Origin: Candidatus Shapirobacteria bacterium
GTDB taxonomy: Bacteria > Patescibacteriota > Microgenomatia > UBA12405
Assembly: GCA_016188545.1 (NCBI GenBank)
Contig: JACPHO010000001.1
Span: 355,324 to 419,323, forward strand
Reading direction: 5' to 3'
DNA length: 64,000 nt
The notes under the pieces were generated by a model. That model did no database searches, was not told where the DNA came from, and was given only the letters and a program-made list of their open reading frames with translations. This document shows positions 49,975-59,870 of this stretch, one piece after another. The position numbers were made by a program, and so were the translations under genes. Position 1 is the first letter of the stretch. Each line of letters starts with the position of its first letter.

Positions 49975-50280
49975 TTATTCTTTCATTTCAAATGAATCAG
50001 CACCTATCATAACTTTTTGATTCTGTCTCAGTGCTACCATCCCAACTACTTCGTTATCAATCGCACTTATGGTTATTTCCGGACTCCCTTTGAGTGTCCT
50101 CAATCTTAAATCGGGAGCATCTGACCTAAATCTAATACTTGCTATCTCATGTACTACCACCAACTGGTTGACCGAGCTAGAATCAACACCTAACACGGCG
50201 TTGACATTAAGCCTATGATCACCCTCCTCAATAACATGTCTTTTCACCCCCGAGTCAATGTTCCGATGTATAAGTGACAT
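49975..50280 (-). CDS. hypothetical protein
   Basis: ORF between uvrA and uvrC. Confidence 0.5.
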   Translation of the reverse strand: MSLIHRNIDSGVKRHVIEEGDHRLNVNAVLGVDSSSVNQLVVVHEIASIRFRSDAPDLRLRTLKGSPEITISAIDNEVVGMVALRQNQKVMIGADSFEMKE

Positions 50281-50317
50281 ATATTTATAATATTATAAAG
50301 ACTTTTTAAAAAAATAA

Positions 50318-50659
50318 CTAATCGTTTGCGGTAAAAGAAAAGACCTCACGGTCATCAATTATCGTCAAAGACGCACCAACACTTTTCAATCGATAAATCA
50401 GTCTTTCTTTAGGCATTCTAGCATCAACTTCTAGTTCAATTTCTCCACCTCTCATTTCAATATGGTCTCTCAACCAAGGTTTTTCCAAATTAATCACAAT
50501 TGAGCCACTATTCACTCTTGCGGCCACAAAGAGGTTGGCATATTCGCCATCCAAATCAGCTAATAATCTTCTTCTACTTACCCGTGCACCTAAGCAATAT
50601 AAGTTATTGCTATTAACTTCTAATTCATCAGTAGCAAATTTTTCCACTAATAATTTCAT
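50318..50659 (-). CDS. hypothetical protein
   Basis: ORF divergent from uvrC; start uncertain. Confidence 0.5.
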   Translation of the reverse strand: MKLLVEKFATDELEVNSNNLYCLGARVSRRRLLADLDGEYANLFVAARVNSGSIVINLEKPWLRDHIEMRGGEIELEVDARMPKERLIYRLKSVGASLTIIDDREVFSFTAND

Positions 50660-50685
50660 GCCATATAGTATCATAAAGATATAAA

Positions 50686-51966
50686 ATGGCTAATATTGAT
50701 CTAAAAAAAATTCCTGCATCTCCCGGTATTTATATTTATCGAAATATTCTTGGTGAAATCATCTACGTCGGTAAGGCTATAAATCTTAAAAAAAGAGTTA
50801 CTCAATACTTTCAGCGTGATGATGCCCTGGGCCCGAAAACCAAAACACTTGTCGCTCAGATAAACACTATCGAAACCAAAGTCGTTGGCTCAGAAATTGA
50901 GGCTTTGATTCTAGAAGCCTCATTTATCAAAAAGTACCATCCCAAATATAATTCACTTCTCAAAGACGACCGAAGCTACCAATATATTTGTATTACAAAG
51001 GAAAAGCATCCACGGGTATTTAGTGTTTTTCAATCTCGTGCCGATGCTAGTCAAAACTTATACGGACCTTTTCCTAGTGGCTTGGCTGTCCGGTCGCTAC
51101 TCAAAATCCTCCGGCATATATTTCCCTATTACGGTCTAAAACAACACCAAAAGACCAAGTGTCTCTATTGCCATCTCAATATGTGCCCAGGACCACTACC
51201 TGACCCGGTAGCTTATAGACAAAACATCCGAAAGATTAAAAGTATACTTTCAGGCAGATTCACAACTGTCCAAAGACAGCTTAAAAAAGAGATGCTTCTT
51301 GCCTCCTCTTTGCACAATTTCGAACAAGCACTAATAATACGAAATCAATTAGATTCGATTAATTATATTGTCTCCGGTTGGCACAATCTTAATAACTTGT
51401 TTGACCAAATCAATCTTCCTGAAGATCGCCAAAGCTCAGCAGTATCTGAGTTAGTTACCACCCTAAAACCTTATCTGAACATCACCAAAATAGACCGTGT
51501 AGAGTGTTTTGATATTTCCCAACTAGGAATCAAATACTTTGTCGGATCGATGACGGTTTGGCAAAATGGAAAACAAGACCACTCCCAATACCGAAAGTTC
51601 AAAATAAATACTAAGGTAACACCTGACGATCAATATATGATCAAAGAAGTAGTCTACAGGCGTTTGCAACACCCAGAATGGGGAACACCTGACCTTATTG
51701 TCGTAGACGGTGGAAAGCCTCAAGTGGCTGCGGCACTCTCTGCAGCCATCCTGAGCGAGCATAGCGAGTCGAAGGATCTACCAATTATCGGATTAGCCAA
51801 GAAACAGGAAACCATCGTTATCAAACCGGATAAACAGTTTATCGAGATAAATTTACCTAAAAATTCAACAGCCTTGAACCTACTCCAATCACTTCGTGAT
51901 GAAGCCCATAGATTTGCCAACCGTTACCGTAAATCACTGATGCTAAAATCAATCAATGGTAACTAA
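50686..51966 (+). CDS. uvrC: excinuclease ABC subunit C (no C-terminal HhH)
   Basis: PGIYIY..IYVGKA, ECFDIS, VDGGKPQ, RDEAHRFA. Confidence 0.95.
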   Translation: MANIDLKKIPASPGIYIYRNILGEIIYVGKAINLKKRVTQYFQRDDALGPKTKTLVAQINTIETKVVGSEIEALILEASFIKKYHPKYNSLLKDDRSYQYICITKEKHPRVFSVFQSRADASQNLYGPFPSGLAVRSLLKILRHIFPYYGLKQHQKTKCLYCHLNMCPGPLPDPVAYRQNIRKIKSILSGRFTTVQRQLKKEMLLASSLHNFEQALIIRNQLDSINYIVSGWHNLNNLFDQINLPEDRQSSAVSELVTTLKPYLNITKIDRVECFDISQLGIKYFVGSMTVWQNGKQDHSQYRKFKINTKVTPDDQYMIKEVVYRRLQHPEWGTPDLIVVDGGKPQVAAALSAAILSEHSESKDLPIIGLAKKQETIVIKPDKQFIEINLPKNSTALNLLQSLRDEAHRFANRYRKSLMLKSINGN

Positions 51967-52693
51967 ACCGCCACTTGTTTCAGTCATAACTTGTGTCAAA
52001 AATAACGAAGTTTATCTCCACAAATGCCTTAGTTCGATAGCTTCTCAAACTTACCCCTATATCGAACATATCATCGTTGAAGGACACTCCACCGATACCT
52101 CGCTTCAGATAGTAAAAAAGTATATTTCCGACCATCCACATAAAAACATTAAATTGTATATACGTCCAGCCAAAGGAATAGCTAATGCCCTAAATTATGG
52201 TATTTCCAAAGCATCCGGCAAGTTTGTCCATATTGTTCATTCCGATGATTATTACTATTCCCGTTATTCGGTTAGTAAGGCTGTCAAGGTTTTTAAAAAC
52301 AATCCAGGTGCTACTTGGATTGTAGGTAATCATTTACTGGATGTTGACGGACAAGTCGTTACTCTTGAGAACAGACTTTTAGCCAAAAAATTGGGTAAGT
52401 ATCTGATCTGGCTTTTACCATGGATGTCACACCAAAACATGTTTTACGACAGAGAGGTCTACGAGCATGGTGGTTTGTATGATGAAAGCTATGGCAATTC
52501 ACTCGATTATGAACAGTGGCTTCGCCTAATAAAAAAAATCCCAATTTTGGTAGTTAACGAAAAATTCAGCGTCTTTCGGGTTCACCTTAAAAGCACCACT
52601 TTTAACCCCATGAACTTACCTAGGTTGCTTTCTGAAAACTTTAGGGCAGTAACTTCCAACCTACTTTCTCAAAAGCTCCCTCATTCTAGCTAA
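51956..52693 (+). CDS. glycosyltransferase family 2
   Basis: LVSVIT, EGHSTD, HSDD, DYEQWLR. Confidence 0.9.
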   Translation: MVTKPPLVSVITCVKNNEVYLHKCLSSIASQTYPYIEHIIVEGHSTDTSLQIVKKYISDHPHKNIKLYIRPAKGIANALNYGISKASGKFVHIVHSDDYYYSRYSVSKAVKVFKNNPGATWIVGNHLLDVDGQVVTLENRLLAKKLGKYLIWLLPWMSHQNMFYDREVYEHGGLYDESYGNSLDYEQWLRLIKKIPILVVNEKFSVFRVHLKSTTFNPMNLPRLLSENFRAVTSNLLSQKLPHSS

Positions 52694-54223
52694 GCCATTA
52701 GCCACCTCAGGTATCTCAAAGTGAGCTCTAGCCGGCTCAAGTTTTTTAATGATCCAGTCAGCTAAAGCGTTTTTAAGATCTAGTGGAAAAAGAGAACCAT
52801 CAGAATAACTGTTAACTACATCAGAGAATTTGCTAAAAGTAATATTACCTCCAAATTTGTCTGGTCTTTCAATCACAAATTCACCGCTCTCTTCTCCCCA
52901 AAATACCAATGTTTTAACCCAGTTTAGAAGAGGGTTGAATTCAACTACTTTTGGTGGACCATAGGCTTTTCGGATCTTATCCCTAATTTCATCAGGTGTA
53001 TCATGTATGAATATCGCACTTCCTGGCTTCGACTTGCTCATCTTTAAACTCTCCTCATCATTTGCACCTGTCTCAGGCGCAGTCAGCCCCGCAATCAAAT
53101 TTTGATGAATCGCTAGTGGCTTCCACTTGCCAATCTTCTCACCAACTTCTAGAGCTATTACATGAGCTTTACGTTGGTCTATTCCTCCGTGAGCCAAGTT
53201 AACATTCATTGTAAAAATATCTGCCACTTGTAGTGGTGGGTAAAACAGAGTTGCCATATCGACATCTTCTTTCATTTTCTTGCCCATAATCGAAATTGAC
53301 CTTAGGTTTCGAGACAAGGTAACGTGTTTACCTACTCTCATAAATGTTTCCCAATGTTCCGGATGTTGTTCGTATAGTTCTTTTCCACTAATAAATTCGA
53401 CTTGGTCCTCATTAACCCCAAAACATTTCAGCGAGGCGATCAATCCCTCCTTAAAGTAGCTATCTGTCGCAGTTCTAATATTCTCCCAATTACCTCCCAT
53501 TTTATTATTTAAAAAGGAATGAAAGTCAGCCAAAAATATTTTGCATTTAACCCCAGCCTTCAGAAAGTCAGCAATCTTTCCCATCGACATTAATCCGGTT
53601 CCCAAATGAACTAACCCAGAAATTTCAAAACCGATGTAATGCTGTATTTCTTTTCCAGACTCGATAAGTTCCTTTAAATCCACCTCAGTCAGCACTTCCT
53701 GACAGTTTCTAGTAATTAGTCTAAACTTTTCTTCTGTATTCTCAGAAAACACTGTCGACTTCAAAGATACCTTCATCTTCTCGAACTTCAACACTTTCAA
53801 GACATCTTTAGTTTTTACATTCAGTCCCGTTTTTATTTCACCACTTCCCATACTCCAAACATCCTTACAAAGTACATTTTCGTCCACAATTAGAGGAATT
53901 CCCAATACCAGTGGGCACACTGTACCCGGAACAAATCCAAATTCATCAAGCAGAGTTTCCTCATCGACTACGCTCCATTTTCCCACCAACTTCTCCAGCG
54001 ACAGACTGTCAATTTTTTCATTACCGTCTAGCACCACCGCCTTAAATCCATCCTTTGTTGTGATGACCAAAGTTTTTATAGCGTTCTTAGGATCGTAATT
54101 CTGATCAATCGAAGTATCACTCTTCCTGGCAGCAACTACCTCATCAGTAAAAGTTACTACATCAAATGTAATATTCTTTTGTTTTAATAATTTTATTACT
54201 GTTTCAAAATTCATAAATTTCAT
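52661..54223 (-). CDS. tyrS: archaeal-type tyrosine--tRNA ligase with N-terminal YbaK-like domain
   Basis: YIGFEISGLVHLG, YPPLQVADIF, GGIDQRKAH, KMSKS, DLKNAL; N-terminal IKTLV...GFVPGTVCP. Confidence 0.93.
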   Translation of the reverse strand: MKFMNFETVIKLLKQKNITFDVVTFTDEVVAARKSDTSIDQNYDPKNAIKTLVITTKDGFKAVVLDGNEKIDSLSLEKLVGKWSVVDEETLLDEFGFVPGTVCPLVLGIPLIVDENVLCKDVWSMGSGEIKTGLNVKTKDVLKVLKFEKMKVSLKSTVFSENTEEKFRLITRNCQEVLTEVDLKELIESGKEIQHYIGFEISGLVHLGTGLMSMGKIADFLKAGVKCKIFLADFHSFLNNKMGGNWENIRTATDSYFKEGLIASLKCFGVNEDQVEFISGKELYEQHPEHWETFMRVGKHVTLSRNLRSISIMGKKMKEDVDMATLFYPPLQVADIFTMNVNLAHGGIDQRKAHVIALEVGEKIGKWKPLAIHQNLIAGLTAPETGANDEESLKMSKSKPGSAIFIHDTPDEIRDKIRKAYGPPKVVEFNPLLNWVKTLVFWGEESGEFVIERPDKFGGNITFSKFSDVVNSYSDGSLFPLDLKNALADWIIKKLEPARAHFEIPEVANGLARMRELLRK

Positions 54224-54236
54224 AAAGTAGTATATC

Positions 54237-55457
54237 TCAGTCTTCCATTACTCTCTCGTTCCAAAAAAACAAAAAGGCAGGTTTATTGTTACTTTTTTTA
54301 GCTCCATTTAGAAAGACATCTGCTGCTGCAGGAGTTCTCGCTCTTTGAACAAAAACTACGTTATCTTCACCGGCTAGTTCTTTTCCCATTACAAATTCCA
54401 GAGCCATTTTCTTCTTCGCTAAATTTCTTGCTGACTCCCTTGTTTTTAAATTTTCAGGTAGACGTCTTTCTTGAAGACGGGTAAAAATTCCATCAACCTC
54501 AGATTCAACCTGCTTTTCAGTAAACACAGTCTCAGGATGTACCATAATTTTTTTTACATCAGGGAGGCAGAAAAATTCTTCTCTACTCCTTACACCCAAT
54601 TGTCTCGATACTTTTTCAATTTTTGAGCCTGGCAGTATCTTACTAGTTAAGGGCTCAAATTTTTTTTCAAATTCTTCAACGGCTTGTTCCCTATTTGGGG
54701 AATCAATGACAAAAGCGTCAATGTCCACTAAAGTCACCTTTGGAGAATTCATTATTTTCCACTTGTTTAATATTTTCGTAATTCCCTGAACAGAAGCAAA
54801 GTTTACTTCCTGATCAACAACGGCTTTCCTCCCACTCGACGTAGTAGTTTCAAACCAAATTTCCGGAGAAACCGATATCCCCTCAGTTTCCGAGTCACGC
54901 TGAGGTGGACATCTTAATATATTCAGGTCCAAACCTCTTTTTCCGCAAGCGGCATTTGCCAATGATTTTACTAATGACGCCATATTCAACATATCACCAA
55001 AATCTGTTTGAGTCGACACCAGCTCAACCAAACAGTTAACCACATTATCCGCCTGAGAATTTGTACAACCAAGTTCTTTTGCCCTGAGTTTCCATGATTC
55101 AATTTGACCATCCAATCTTATGTTTCTAGCAATTTCAATTCCATTACCTTGAAGTTCATCTCTAATTCTCCGTTTTAATATACCTGACTGAATGCCTTGT
55201 TCAGTTTTAGCTTTTGTTGGTCGGTCTGTAGTCAGCTGCTTCTTTACTTCACTTACGGTCAAGCCCAACCTGTCGGCGGACATTCTAGCAGTAATTTCTC
55301 CCCATTTTGAGCCAAAATCATTATTAGTATCATGAATGACTAGTGGACGAATTGTTTCATTTACTTTTGCGTTAATTGCAGGCCCAATTTCCTTCTCAGG
55401 TATTTGAGGAAACAAAAAATTAGCAACTTTATGTTTTGTTTGATTTGATATTTTCAT
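54237..55457 (-). CDS. hypothetical protein between tRNA-Tyr and tyrS
   Basis: about 406-aa ORF, co-oriented in the operon; start uncertain. Confidence 0.75.
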   Translation of the reverse strand: MKISNQTKHKVANFLFPQIPEKEIGPAINAKVNETIRPLVIHDTNNDFGSKWGEITARMSADRLGLTVSEVKKQLTTDRPTKAKTEQGIQSGILKRRIRDELQGNGIEIARNIRLDGQIESWKLRAKELGCTNSQADNVVNCLVELVSTQTDFGDMLNMASLVKSLANAACGKRGLDLNILRCPPQRDSETEGISVSPEIWFETTTSSGRKAVVDQEVNFASVQGITKILNKWKIMNSPKVTLVDIDAFVIDSPNREQAVEEFEKKFEPLTSKILPGSKIEKVSRQLGVRSREEFFCLPDVKKIMVHPETVFTEKQVESEVDGIFTRLQERRLPENLKTRESARNLAKKKMALEFVMGKELAGEDNVVFVQRARTPAAADVFLNGAKKSNNKPAFLFFWNERVMED

Positions 55458-55584
55458 ATTATCAATAAGGTAACCTCCCATTCTCCCTACCAATCGGCAA
55501 AAACCCCAAATTTTTAGTATTACCGAAACCGATCATTTTTTCTGTTGTTTTTATAAACATATTATTAATAAATAATAAACTTAG

Positions 55585-55656
55585 TACGGAGGAGGGGAGT
55601 TGAACCCCTATAAAACTGTTTTACAGACAGTTGCATTACCGGCCTGCCCCCTCCGT
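55585..55656 (-). tRNA. atypical tRNA-Tyr(GTA): A1-U72, short variable loop
   Basis: ACGGAGG/CCTCCGT acceptor, ACTGT-CTGTAAA-ACAGT arm, AGGGG-TTCAACT-CCCCT T-arm. Confidence 0.9.
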
Positions 55657-55662
55657 AGAACC

Positions 55663-55910
55663 AAAAAAGCCCTCGCCTTTGCAAAACCAATAAATGGCTT
55701 CACAAGGGTGAGGGCTTCTCACGGTACCACCTTGTTTCGTAAATAAAAAAAGCTCCCACAGGAGCTCGATAATTATTTACCTTATTATCGAGTACTTGTT
55801 TACCTCGCCTCTGGCGGACTTGCAGTGATACTCTAGCTCTATTTAGGGAGCTCCCTTACCGATTTTGTCGGTATGCTCAGAGGGTGTATTATGTCCTCCT
55901 TAACGCGTTC
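55663..55910 (-). ncRNA. T-box riboswitch leader upstream of tRNA-Tyr/tyrS
   Basis: AAGGTGGTACCGTG at 55720-55733; terminator AAGCCCTCACCCTT..AAGGCGAGGGCTTTTTT. Confidence 0.85.
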
Positions 55911-55957
55911 CAAACTTAGTCAAGTTTATCACGAGGAAATTTCTTGTCAAGAATATA

Positions 55958-56683
55958 TTATAAGACTCTTTCTCCAAACACCAACAATCTCTTCCAATCA
56001 GTCCCTAGAGGCCAACAAGTCTGCATTATCAAGACTTCTTTAGAGGGATCGGAATACTTTAGGTATTCAATTTCAGAGGCATTCACAATTTTCCTCATAT
56101 AAACTTTATAAGTAAAAATCTTTCCCTTGTCGTTTACAAAAAATACATCACCATCTTTAAGTTCACCAAGTAGGTAAAAAATTGCATTCTGTCTTACCAT
56201 GCTCAAACCTTGTTCTGTCGAGTGAGCAAAAATAAATGTTGAGCTACCATTTCCCATTCCCGGTCTAGATGAGCCCTTTGCTTGAGCCACCACCCTATCT
56301 TTAAGAACTTGAGAATATGCCTTCTGGTCAAAAGGGGATATTCCATCAACTATGCTTGCATATGCCCCTATTTTAGGGATGGAAATGGAGTACTCAGTTG
56401 TACCAATTTCTGTGACAGTTGGTGTTGGAATTGGCGCACTCGTGGGCTCACCCGAAATTACTACAGTAGGTGAAGTATTTTGGCTTATTTGCCAATATGC
56501 CAGTACCGCATCCGCCAAAGGATAATATAAGTAGATCGTATAAAGCAGAGCCCCGATTAAAAGGCCATTTCCTAGGTGAAAAAGAGACCTTCCTAACTTG
56601 CCAGGATCGTTAAACAGCACGCCACTTTTTTTAATCAATTTTATTGTTCTTCTTTTAGGTACTGGTCTAAAAAAATCAAGCAC
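55958..56683 (-). CDS. sortase
   Basis: ISIPKIG, IFAHS, MQTCWP.G...RLLV. Confidence 0.92.
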   Translation of the reverse strand: MLDFFRPVPKRRTIKLIKKSGVLFNDPGKLGRSLFHLGNGLLIGALLYTIYLYYPLADAVLAYWQISQNTSPTVVISGEPTSAPIPTPTVTEIGTTEYSISIPKIGAYASIVDGISPFDQKAYSQVLKDRVVAQAKGSSRPGMGNGSSTFIFAHSTEQGLSMVRQNAIFYLLGELKDGDVFFVNDKGKIFTYKVYMRKIVNASEIEYLKYSDPSKEVLIMQTCWPLGTDWKRLLVFGERVL

Positions 56684-56757
56684 ATTCTTATTGTATCAGA
56701 AGAAAAACCGATGGAAATATCCATAAGTATTCAATGTGTATCACAAAAAACATTTAG

Positions 56758-56936
56758 TTGACAAACGGCGAGAACTCACTTAATATAACTACCTGTGGCC
56801 CAAGAAATATTAACCAAAGTAAACCTTTCATCCCGTTCACGGGATCGCGTTTCTTTTATTTTCTGCGTCATTACTTGCCTCTCCAAATAAGTTTGGTTTA
56901 ATACAACCAACTTATAAAAATCGGGAGGCTTTTTGT
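56758..56936 (+). promoter_or_regulatory. greA promoter and structured leader with a terminator-like hairpin
   Basis: TTGACA-17-TAATAT (56758-56786); hairpin 56877-56929 followed by a T run. Confidence 0.6.
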
Positions 56937-56944
56937 TTATTAAA

Positions 56945-57412
56945 ATGAAAACAATGAGTAAAACTCTATTGACACAAGAGGGGTTCCAAAAGTTAACCGA
57001 AGAGTTGTCAGTCCTTAAAGATAAAAGTAATCACTTGATTACTCAAATCGAAGAAGTTGCTCAACCTGATGAGTCAGGTGAGGATGGTTTGGCAACTCAA
57101 CTAAAAGAAGAGTTGGAAGTAGTCAATGAAAAAATTGACTCCATCGAAGAAGCTTTAGGCAATTCTGAAATTATTTCCGGAAAACTTTCCAAAAGCCAGG
57201 TTCAAGTTGGTTCCAAAGTTAAAATTAAACTTACCGGTAACACTATAAAATCATTTCACATCGTTAGTCACATTGAAGCCGATCCGGTCCAGCAAAAAAT
57301 CTCGGATCAGTCTCCACTCGGTCAGGCTTTACTTGGTCGTAAAATCAATGATCTGGTTGAGGTTACCGCCCCTGTTGGTAAAATCACCTACAAGATTGTC
57401 GCTATAAGCTAG
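56945..57412 (+). CDS. greA: GreA/GreB family transcription elongation factor
   Basis: LTQEGFQKL..EL, VQVGSKV, EADP...IS..SPLGQALLG. Confidence 0.9.
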   Translation: MKTMSKTLLTQEGFQKLTEELSVLKDKSNHLITQIEEVAQPDESGEDGLATQLKEELEVVNEKIDSIEEALGNSEIISGKLSKSQVQVGSKVKIKLTGNTIKSFHIVSHIEADPVQQKISDQSPLGQALLGRKINDLVEVTAPVGKITYKIVAIS

Positions 57413-57442
57413 AAGTTTGATGGTAAACTTCTCTAATCAATT

Positions 57443-59320
57443 ATGACCGATCTAATCAAGATTCGCCAGGAAAAGCTGGGTAAGCTTATCGAAGCTGGAC
57501 ACGACCCTTACCCCCAACCAAATTTGGCCAAGCGTGATCTTGCTGCTACTATCGCCTCCAAAAAAGACCAAACGGTAGAAGTCGCTGGGCGGCTAATGCT
57601 TCTCCGAGGTCATGGCAAGATTTTATTTGCTGATCTTCATGATGACTCTGGTAAAATCCAACTTTTTTTCCAGCAAAAGTCTCTGGGGACTTCCTTTCCT
57701 CTGACCAAACTCTTTGATATTGGTGACATTATCAGTGCCAAGGGAAAGGTCATTACCACCGAAGCTGGTGAGACTACTATCGATATTACTGAATTCCAGA
57801 TACTTGCCAAAAACCTCAGACCACTTCCTGAAAAATGGCATGGTTTGACTGATGTTGAGGAAAGATATCGTCAACGCTATGTAGACCTAATTACCAACCC
57901 AGAATCCCGGAAAGTCTTCACGGTACGTACCAAGATTTTATCAACTATGCGTCAGTTCCTCGATGACAATGGATTTATGGAAGTGGAAACACCTATACTC
58001 CAACCGGTTTATGGCGGTGCCTCAGCCAAACCATTTGTTACCCATCACAACGAACTTGATCAAGATATGTATCTCCGTATTAGCGACGAGTTGTATCTCA
58101 AAAGACTAATTGTTGGTGGTTTTGAAAAAGTATACGAAGTTTCTCGAGACTTCAGAAACGAAGGTGTCTCCCGTTTTCATAATCCAGAATTCACTCAAAT
58201 CGAGTTTTATTGGGCATATATTGATTACGACGAATTGATGAAGTTTACTGAAAAACTTGTTTCTCACGTTATCAAAACAATCAATAGTAACTATATCGTC
58301 GAATTCCAGGGAAAAAGTTTAGACTTCACCCCACCTTTCAAAAGATTAACCTTTAGAGATGCCATTCTTGAAAAGACCAAAATAGACATTGACGAAATAA
58401 ATACCGAAGAAGAGTTTTTTGACAAATTAAAATCCTCAAAACTAAAAGTAGATACCAAAGGAGTAATTGGGCTAGGTGCTTTATTCGATGCTCTATATAA
58501 AGAATACGTTCGTCCTTACTTACTCGGACCCGTCTACATCACCGATTATCCAGCAGAAATGATTGCTCTCGCCAAGAGAAAATCTGACAATCCCAAAAAA
58601 ATTGCCTCATTCCAACTGTTGGCCGATGGCGCCGAGTTACTTAAAGCTTACAATGAGTTAAACGACCCCAAAGATCAATACGACCGCTGGATGGACGAGG
58701 TAGCCCTCGAGAAAAAAGGCGCTCAAAATACCATGCAAATGGACGACGATTATATTCGTGCCCTCGAATACGGCATGCCACCTACCGCTGGTTGGGGTAT
58801 GGGTATCGACCGTTTCACCCAGTTCGTCACCAACTCACCCACCATCAAAGACGTCATCCTCTTCCCCTCCATGCGAAGTGAAGAAAAGCCTGCGTCATTG
58901 CGCCTGCCCGCCTCGGAGGGAGGAACTGAGGGCGACGCGGCAATCTCGTTGGGAATCGGTCTCGCCTCCAACCTCATTGTCATCGGCAAAATCACCAAAC
59001 TTGAATCTCACCCCAACGCTGACAAACTCCATGTTCTCCACGTTGACATTGGTACAGAATCTTTACAGATAGTCTGCGGTGCCAACAACATAAAAGTTGG
59101 CGACATTGTCCCTGTGTCTCTAATTGGCGCCTCAGTCTATGGTGACGAAATGGTTCCCTGGCAAGTCGGTTTATCCAAGCTACGTGGAGTCGAGTCGAAC
59201 GGAATGCTCTGTTCCACCCGCGAACTCGGTCTTGGCCCAGATCATGATGGGATATATCTTCTCGACAAAAAACTATCTCAACACCTCGGCGAACCAGTCA
59301 ACAAACATCTTAAAAAATGA
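57443..59320 (+). CDS. lysS: class II lysine--tRNA ligase with C-terminal tRNA-binding OB domain
   Basis: RYRQRYVDL, FRNEG...HNPEFT, GMPPTAGWGMGIDR; C-terminal HPNADKL...IVCGA..LRGVESNGMLCS. Confidence 0.96.
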   Translation: MTDLIKIRQEKLGKLIEAGHDPYPQPNLAKRDLAATIASKKDQTVEVAGRLMLLRGHGKILFADLHDDSGKIQLFFQQKSLGTSFPLTKLFDIGDIISAKGKVITTEAGETTIDITEFQILAKNLRPLPEKWHGLTDVEERYRQRYVDLITNPESRKVFTVRTKILSTMRQFLDDNGFMEVETPILQPVYGGASAKPFVTHHNELDQDMYLRISDELYLKRLIVGGFEKVYEVSRDFRNEGVSRFHNPEFTQIEFYWAYIDYDELMKFTEKLVSHVIKTINSNYIVEFQGKSLDFTPPFKRLTFRDAILEKTKIDIDEINTEEEFFDKLKSSKLKVDTKGVIGLGALFDALYKEYVRPYLLGPVYITDYPAEMIALAKRKSDNPKKIASFQLLADGAELLKAYNELNDPKDQYDRWMDEVALEKKGAQNTMQMDDDYIRALEYGMPPTAGWGMGIDRFTQFVTNSPTIKDVILFPSMRSEEKPASLRLPASEGGTEGDAAISLGIGLASNLIVIGKITKLESHPNADKLHVLHVDIGTESLQIVCGANNIKVGDIVPVSLIGASVYGDEMVPWQVGLSKLRGVESNGMLCSTRELGLGPDHDGIYLLDKKLSQHLGEPVNKHLKK

Positions 59321-59868
59321 TCACCTCATCACTAATTTCCTCAGTCCGTGAGTTTGCCAAGGTCGACGGCCCGATGGAAACTCACCAACTAATTGCTAAC
59401 GAAGCAGGTCAGAAAATTTCTCAACTACTTCACGCCGACCCAAATATTGTTTTGCTAGGCACATTATTAATGGATTGTGTAATTGGTATTGCCATCCAAG
59501 AAAATAGAATGGCGGAACATGTAAGTATGTGTCAACATAAAGCCAAAGAACTACTTGACCAGGATCCAGACATCACGCCAGAAGAAAAAAATAATGTCCT
59601 CGCTTGTGTCCTCGAACACCACGGTGTTCCCAAGTTCACAACTTTAGAGTCAGAAATTGTTTGCAATTCTGATTGCTACCGGTTTGCATCCGTTAAAGGA
59701 TTTTATTATTCCCTCAGATATTTCCGTCAAATGCCTGATGAAAACTTCATATCTCTAGTCAAAGTCAAATTCAATGAAAAGAGAAATTGTGTAACTTTAG
59801 ATATTGTAAAAAATGAACTAAAATATCAATTTATTGCAATTGAAAATTATTTAAATTTATTAAAATAA
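59317..59868 (+). CDS. HD-like fold hypothetical protein
   Basis: LLMD, EH, CVLEHHG, LESEIVCNSD pattern. Confidence 0.65.
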   Translation: MITSSLISSVREFAKVDGPMETHQLIANEAGQKISQLLHADPNIVLLGTLLMDCVIGIAIQENRMAEHVSMCQHKAKELLDQDPDITPEEKNNVLACVLEHHGVPKFTTLESEIVCNSDCYRFASVKGFYYSLRYFRQMPDENFISLVKVKFNEKRNCVTLDIVKNELKYQFIAIENYLNLLK

Positions 59869-59870
59869 GT

